In this document: positions 57,304 to 64,000 of the stretch, one piece after another | Numbering within the stretch: position 1 is the first letter of the stretch | Layout of the letters: every line of letters starts with the position of its first letter | Assembly (NCBI GenBank): GCA_026936335.1 | Contig: JAPMXV010000051.1 | Coordinates: 434,001-498,000 of the forward strand | DNA from: Mantamonas sphyraenae STR306 | Taxonomy: Eukaryota; Protista; CRuMs | Length of the DNA stretch: 64,000 bases | Direction of reading: 5' to 3' | Program-made: the position numbers and the translations under genes | Notes under the pieces: model-generated | Told to the model about the DNA's origin: nothing | Database searches by the model: none | The model's input: only the letters and a program-made list of their open reading frames with translations

Positions 57304-60300
57304 ATGACTGAAATGGAATCCGCGTTGCAGATGTTGGAGGACGAAGATGACTCGGTGACGGAGGGAGACTCGGACGTGGGTGTCACGTCCAAAGGGAAGA
57401 AGTAGGTATTGGCATGGACGCACCCTGACCGCTTCCCTTGCCACAATGCCTGACTCGCTCCATTCCAATGCACACACAGGACAAACAAACGCAAGATGAT
57501 TGTGGGGTCACTCAAGGTGCTGCGTGACAAGCGCTCTCTGACAGAGGAGCTTGCGGCGGCGGCCATTGCCTCACTGACGGACTTGGCGGGAGACGGTGCG
57601 TTTCGGAACCTCGGAACGTTGTTGTCGCACCTCCGCACACGCTGACACGGCACCAAACGTGCGCACGCACACATTTGGGTGCATCCTTGCCACAGACTCT
57701 GGCCGCCTCTTGATGGCCAACGAGAATCCTGTAACTGTGCCTGTGCTCTCGGTGATGGAGTTCCTCAGCGAAGACGTCGACGTCACCCGAGCTGGATGTG
57801 AACTGTTTGCCGCGCTGACTCAGACGCGGAAGGGTACGTTGGCATGGATCGGAGGCTGGGCTCATTCTGGCGCTGTGACATGCACTTTCCAACGGGCCCG
57901 CGCCTCGGTTGTGCGCGAGTTGCGCGCGCTCACACATTTTTTCCTTGCGGATCACTGCACACAGGGAACCATGGCTCACGGCTGCTGAAAGGAAATGGTC
58001 TAAAGCATGTATTCAACGCAATCAAGAACCACACGGTGGACAGAGAGGTGTGCATGTACTCCTTTCGCCTGCTGCGCAAGCTGGTCCTCACCGACAAGAA
58101 GGTGTCCATGATGGCCCGCTTCGACGGAGGCATCCAGCTCATCTTCCAGGCAATGGATGAGCACCGCAACGACGAGGAGGTGCTCATTGATGCTCTCTCG
58201 GCCCTTGCTGTGTTTTGCCGCAACGGTGCGTGTGTGCGCACTCACCCACCATCCCACACGCACACGCACACGCACACACACACACACACACACACATCGA
58301 CTCACTCTGTAACTCTTCCATGCCCTTGCTTTGGCTGGTATTCACACACCAACTCGCACCCGACAGAGAACAACGCAACCATGGTCGGCCATGACGGTGG
58401 CATTGCCGTACTCGCCCATCTGCTGAGCCGCGAGGAGTTCGGAACCCAACTGATCAATCCTGTCTTTCAGTGTCTGTTTCAGCTCTGCAAAATCGGTATG
58501 TTCCATCTTGGTGGCGTTGGATTGAAGCAGACTCAACCATGCCGCTCACACGTCTCGATGGGCGTTCAGAACGCAACGTGCTGTTGTTTGTGGCCGAGAA
58601 TGGCATTCAGCTTGTGTTGGACGTCCTGCACGACTTCTCCGACGATCTGGTGCTGCTCAAGAACGCCCTGCAGGTGTTCAAGAGCGTCGCCGGTGTCGTG
58701 TCGCGTGAGCGCATGCCACACGACCGCATCCCGTTCAAAGCCTTGTTTGAGATCATGGAAAGCTACCAGGACGAAGTTGAAATTCTCAAGTTGGCCAGCA
58801 GCGTGCTGTGGAGGCTGCAGCGCGACCGCTTCCCTCCAATTCCCACCGACTGCCGTGTGTACCATCCGCAAGAATTGGAAGACATCCAGGCATTGAACCA
58901 TTACACATATGTGGATGACCGCGTGGTGCAGCTCACAGACTACCACATGGAATGGCACCTGCAACAGGTGCAGACACAGAGCAGCGAAATCGAAGCCGGC
59001 ATGACGGTGATCATGCCCAACGTCAACTCTGTGTCCATTGGCGACCAGCTTCTGAGTATGTCCGCAGGCGTGGAGGGACAGGCGACCAGCAACCAGGCGG
59101 CCACGACGAGCGACAGCGCAAACATCAGCGAAGTGCAGGCAGGGGAGGCAGCAAGCAGCAGCAAAGAGGATGACGACGACAACGACAACGAGGACGACGA
59201 TGAAGAGGACGACGCAGACGAGGAGCCAGACTTTGAGGTGTTTATGACGCGATCCACAAGTGGCACGAGCCTGCCCAGCTCGCAAAGCAGTGATTTGAGC
59301 GATTCGGCGGTGAGCGACAGCGAGCGCGAGAGTGTGAGCAAGCAAATCGAGAGCGCCGAACGACCCAACCTGCTGCGTGCAGGATTGGCAAACTATGGCG
59401 CATTTGAGGCGCTGGAGTTCCCCGAGCTGAAACTGGGCGACTCGGAGCTTGGCCTTCTGCCGCTCAGGCAGTCAAAGGAGGAGACTGCTGTGAAGGATGT
59501 GTTTGATCCCAGCATCCAGCACGCGTACCCACGCAGCAAGTACCAGCCGGAGCGCTTCGAAGTGGAGACAGACCAGCTGGACGAGGGGAGGCGGTTGTGC
59601 GCCAAGGAGGACACAGTGACGGTGACGTCAGTGCGTGAGTTTGTGGAACCTCCGCCTCCGTTTGTGCTGCCGGGTACGGAGCTGGACAGCGAGCCGCAGT
59701 ACGAGCAGCCAAAATCGCTGATCTTCCGCATGATGATCCGAGACCTGCAGCGCATTGCCAACCCGCAGGATGTGATCAGCCGCGTGGTGTACGACAGCCG
59801 TGAACCGGAGCTTGTTGGATCGATCCTCCAGTATGCAGACACTGCTGATGGAGACGTGCAGGAGGGTGACGGCGAGACGGTGGCCAGCACCACAAGCCAG
59901 TGGCTCAAGAGCCAGCAGCAACAGCAGCAAGCGAGTGCAGCAGGGCAGACGCAGGGTGCAGGCGGAAGCTCGACGGCGACGACAGTGGGTCTGGCGGCGG
60001 AGGATGACGCGCAAAGTGACTTGCACTTTGAGTCGCGCTATGAATGCGGCAACCTGCGCAGGGCCACCAAGATCTACGAGCACGAGTACGACCTGATTCT
60101 GGACGTGGACATCAACACAGATAGGCACATCCAGTGGTTCAATTTCAAGGTGACCAACATGCAGGCTGGCGTGCCTTACACCTTCAACATCATCAATCTG
60201 GAAAAGCCAAACTCGCAGTTCAACTTTGGCATGCAACCGGTCATGCTCTCACTGACTGACTTTGCCGAAAGCGGGCGCGGTTGGTTCCGCACAGGGTACG

Positions 60301-61490
60301 ACGTGTGCTACTACCCCAACCAGTACACACGCAAGACTGGAACGGCGGCAACGTCAGGCAAGGCGGCAAGCTACTACACAGAGACGTTTACGGTTGTATT
60401 TGAGCATGCGTACGACGTCTGTTACCTGGCGTACCACTACCCTTACACGTACACGCACATCCAACAGCACTTGCGGTCGCTGGAGCAACTGCCGCACGCG
60501 CGTACGTGTTTGCGCAGGCAACTGCTGTGCACCACGCTGACAGGCAACCGCATCGACGTGCTCACCATCACATCCATGCCCGACATGACTGGGTTGGACA
60601 ACGACACGCGTGCAGAGGTGGAGGAGGGAATGCGGTGCAAGCCTGTGGTTGTTTTGAGCGGGCGTGTGCATCCGGGCGAAACCAACGCCAGCTGGGTGCT
60701 TCGAGGTCTGATTGACTTTCTGCTGGGAGAAACGAGCCAAGCACAGGCCTTGCGTGACAGGCTGGTCTTCAAGGTCATTCCCATCATCAATCCGGACGGG
60801 GTCATCAACGGGTCGCACCGCTGCTCCATGGAGGGTCTGGACCTGAACCGGATGTATCTGGGCACAGAAAAGCATGTCACCCCCCCTGTGTTTTACATCA
60901 AACGACTGCTGGGGTCGATTGTCCACGAACAGGAGCGTCAAGTGGTGTTGTATTGCGACTTTCACGGCCACTCGCGGCAGCGCGACTCGTTCATGTACGG
61001 ATGCAACAACGACAGTAGCAGCGACGACAAGCTGCGGCTGAGCGAACGCGTATTCCCATGGATGCTGGCGGAGGACTGCGAGTTTTTCCGATGGGACGGC
61101 TGTGCCTTTGCGATGCAAGAGTCCAAGAAGGGCAGCGCAAGGATTGCCGTGCGCAAGGGCTTTGACATCCCGTGCACATACACTCTGGAGTGCACGTACA
61201 ACGGATCGTCCACAAGTGGCCTGCACTTTGGCGTCCGTGAACTGCAGGCCATCGGCGTGGCGTTTGGCCAGACGGTGTGGCGCTTTGTGGACACCACCGA
61301 GCGGGAAGCGGCCATGGAGGTGTTGCGTGGCATGTACCCACGAGGCGAGGACGACGGCAGCAGCAGCAACGGAGGTGGAAGCAAAGAGACCAAGAAGAAG
61401 AAGAAAGGCAAGAAAAAGGTGACCAAGGGCAAGAGTAAGAAGGGCAAGAAGAGCAGCAGCAGCAGCAGCAGCAAAGGAAACGATGGATGA
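57304..61490 (+). CDS. AGTPBP1: Cytosolic carboxypeptidase of CCP1/CCP4 type (M14D tubulin deglutamylase) with N-terminal armadillo repeats
   Basis: FESRYECGNL, QWFNF, YHYPYTY, RVHPGETNASW (HxxE), NPDGVING, DLNR, DFHGHS and YTLE, plus a Lys-rich tail. Five 5' introns (the first is 57402-57479) give an open ARM-like N-terminus. The first exon is less certain; alternative ATG at 57496. Confidence 0.88.
58254..58296. repeat. Imperfect (CA)n/(CACACG)n tract in a CCP intron
   Basis: Visible run. Confidence 0.9.
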
Positions 61491-61526
61491 ACAATGAGTG
61501 TTCGAATGAATCTGTTTGAGTGCTCG

Positions 61527-62108
61527 TCAAAAGGTGAGGTGGAGACGCATGGCACTGTTGCCCGAAAGGTAGTAGCGATGAAGATATGCGGTGGCGACAA
61601 AGCCAAGGCGGCGGTAGAGTTTCTGGGCAGCCTTGTTATCCTCCTCAGCTTCGAGGACACACTCAATGGCTCCCTCGACCTGCATTTGCACGAGTGCATT
61701 GGACACAAGTGTGGAGGCAATGCGTTTACCCCGCTGTTCCGGGTGCACGGCAAGCATGGCGATGTAGCCGCTGGTTCCTCGCTGTAGGCGGCAGACAACG
61801 GTACCGACACAGACAGACGTGCCGTCCACGTCCATGTGTGCCAACCAACACAGGCTGGGCCATTGGTTGATAAAGTATCGGAATGTGTAGATGGAGTAGG
61901 GCTCGGAAAGGTGTTCGTCGATGAGATCGATGATTTCCTGCAAGTCCTCCTCGCCAGCGTACTGTGTGTACCGGATGCCGTTGGCCTCGTACACCAGCTT
62001 CTGCTTCAGAGAAGACGAATCGTCCACAATGTCTTCCCCTTCGGCCGCACCCTCGGGCACAGCGTGCTGCTCGGCGTCAAGCTCCGGTTCGGGTTCGGGT
62101 TCGGACAT
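61527..62108 (-). CDS. NAA30: N-terminal acetyltransferase C catalytic subunit NAA30/Mak3
   Basis: LSEPYSIYTFRYFINQWP, GYIAMLAV, VLEAEEDN.AA.KLY..LGF and LHRYYLSG. Intronless; upstream in-frame ATG at 62156. Confidence 0.92.
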   Translation of the reverse strand: MSEPEPEPELDAEQHAVPEGAAEGEDIVDDSSSLKQKLVYEANGIRYTQYAGEEDLQEIIDLIDEHLSEPYSIYTFRYFINQWPSLCWLAHMDVDGTSVCVGTVVCRLQRGTSGYIAMLAVHPEQRGKRIASTLVSNALVQMQVEGAIECVLEAEEDNKAAQKLYRRLGFVATAYLHRYYLSGNSAMRLHLTF

Positions 62109-62244
62109 TCTGGTTGATGCGCCGGCGCTGTGCCGAGTGGCGATGCTGCTTCCCATGTGGAGCCAAGTGGAGGGTTAGACGGGTCGACATGTCCATGCAT
62201 GCGCTCCTGAAGCCAAACACAGCGAGAGCGGGACAGAGTGGCCA

Positions 62245-64000
62245 ATGGCTTCATCAAGCACAGACTTGAGGGAGCTGGATGTGGACGCGCTTGTGTCCCT
62301 TGGGGCTGAATCGTCGACGTTGGTGGAATCGGGGATGGTGAGGCTGGATTCGTTGCAGCGGTCGTCGTCGGGACGGCGGAGGCGACGAAGGAAGCGCAGC
62401 AGCCCCGCACCGCCACCCGAGGTCAAACTGAACAGCAGCGACGCAGTCAAAGCTGTAGTGGACACCCTGTCAGGCGATGGCATCGACAAGCTGATCGCCC
62501 AGACTGCTGGTGCGCTGGAACGGGCGTCGGAGTTTACGGGCCAACACTACGTGAAACGGCGGAGCTCAAACAGGCCTACGTCGGCATCTGTGTCGGGCGG
62601 CAACACCAGCAGAGGAGACACACATGAATTGAACTCTGTCGACGAAAACGCAGACACGAAATACGTGGATTTGTCACGGGAGAGGGCGCTAAAGTTGGGA
62701 GACGACGTTGGAGACGTTGTGCTCACGGGAGAAGAAATGGCCTCGGTGATGGCCAGTGGACAAAAGGTGTCTCGGGAATACCAACGACGGATGGAAGAGC
62801 GTCTGAATGAGATCAAGAAGCTGAGTGCACAGGCCATTCTGGTGCAATCGAGTGCCACGGGGCCGCTGACGGAAGACGGCGAGAGCTCCAGTTTTGCGGC
62901 CGACGAAAGCGTGGAAGAGCTGATGCGAGCACAAGGAAAGGCACGGGCAGGGCAGTTGGCACGCCAGGGTGCATTGGAATCGTCTGGAAGCAGCACCAGC
63001 AGTGACGGGGATGGTGGCGACGAGCGAGGAGAGGACGAGCCTGAAGAGGTGCGGATTGCCAACGAACGACGACGACGAGGAGAGCGCGAGCAGCAAGGTG
63101 GGTCAAACGAATGTGTGTGTGCGTGTGTGTGGTGAGCTGACACGGAGTGGGGGACACAGAACGGCAACGGGAACAGCAGCGGTCGTTCGAGGCGCGACTG
63201 CAACAGGAGCGGCAGAAGAAGGTGCAATCGTACTTTTCGGAACAAATCGAAGCACGGAAACGGGAGCTGCAGGCACAGATCGAAGAACGGGAACAACGCA
63301 GGCGTGCGGCGCAACAGGAGCTGAGTGCAGACACGACACGGGACAGGCGGAGGTCACTGACGCATGTGGAGGAACTGGAGATAGCACAGCGTAGCGAAGA
63401 GCTGGGCGTGATTGCCAAACAATTCCAGGAGTACCAAAAGTACCGCAAGGGAGAAGGCGAAGGCGAACAGAACGAGGAAGCAGCATTGACACCCGAACAG
63501 CAAAGGGAACTGCGTCGTCTGCGCCGCGAAGGACGCCAAGCGAGCAGTATGGACGTGCTTCACATCCAGAGAGAGGCCGCGAGGCAGCGGGAGGATGGCG
63601 CACGGCTGCAGGAAGCCTTGCGCGTGGAGCAAACCAAGGATCGGGGCCTGGTGGCGTCTGCAGGCAATCCTCTGGACGTGGAAGACGTGATGAGCACACA
63701 GGGAGACAAGACACAGCATGGAAGCAAAGGAGGCAGCGCAGGCGGGCGAAAATTGTCCAAACGGGAGCAGTTTGCTCAGATGTTGGACTTTGATGTCGAT
63801 GCGTTTCTGGGCTTGGCCAAGGATCAGCTGGATGTGGTGGACGACATGGAGCGTGCTGAGATGGAAGGCATTGCAGCATGGCTGAATCAGTACGCAAAGA
63901 CAAGTGAGGGTGACGAGCAGGTTGGCGCAGCAGAGGGCGGAGGCGATGGAAAAGGCGGGCAAGAGGCTGCCAAGTCTGGCAAAGCAGCACCCAAAATTGG
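62245..64000 (+). CDS. Unknown charged coiled-coil protein, 3'-partial
   Basis: Open frame 62245-63097, then intron 63098-63159 (gtgggt...gctgac...cacag), then an E/R/Q-rich frame open to the window end. No family recognised. Confidence 0.7.

Noticed and set aside
1-64000. Alternative genetic code or selenocysteine readthrough
   Set aside because: TGA, TAA and TAG all end genes at positions matching homologue C-termini, and I found no in-frame stops inside conserved domains.
1-64000. tRNA/rRNA genes, CRISPR arrays, transposons, introner-like repeated introns, U12 introns
   Set aside because: None seen by eye. Introns do not resemble each other, all inferred boundaries are GT-AG without the U12 donor consensus, and the repeats are simple microsatellites.

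Overview
Eukaryotic nuclear DNA in the standard genetic code, from a very gene-dense, intron-containing genome. The gene content (BBSome, transition-zone and centriole genes, SepA/Cdc7-type kinase, coactosin, Toxoplasma/trypanosome-type MORN1) suggests a flagellated protist. I cannot name the lineage. I reconstructed 26 protein-coding genes by hand from GT-AG introns (mostly 60-250 nt, CTRAC/CTCAC branch points). In order: WDR90, coactosin, a LARGE-like GT8 glycosyltransferase, SepA/Cdc7-like kinase, MINDY3/4-like deubiquitinase with NZF fingers, RAD9, TMEM17, BBS4, clathrin heavy chain, FAM227, an atypical-kinase/LRR protein, a claret-like RCC1 protein, an ENT transporter, TIM22, CCDC42-like, ECD, a NEK kinase, mL43, MORN1, an ELOVL elongase, SLC25A39/40, a DEK-C+DSP pseudophosphatase, HPS4, CCP1-like carboxypeptidase, NAA30 and an unknown coiled-coil gene. 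Family calls come from remembered motifs, not from database searches. I saw no tRNA, rRNA, CRISPR array or transposon. The most interesting signals concern genome organisation. (1) 20 of 25 neighbouring gene pairs are on opposite strands. (2) Three same-strand pairs are only 31-67 nt apart, so they may be polycistronic. (3) The GT8 frame has no stop and runs in frame through a hydrophobic stretch into the kinase. (4) AATGAA recurs at or just after stop codons. (5) Multi-kb C-rich and G-rich strand-asymmetry domains override gene orientation. (6) Some 3' splice sites lack polypyrimidine tracts. Four genes carry 1-2 nt frameshifts, most likely assembly errors.
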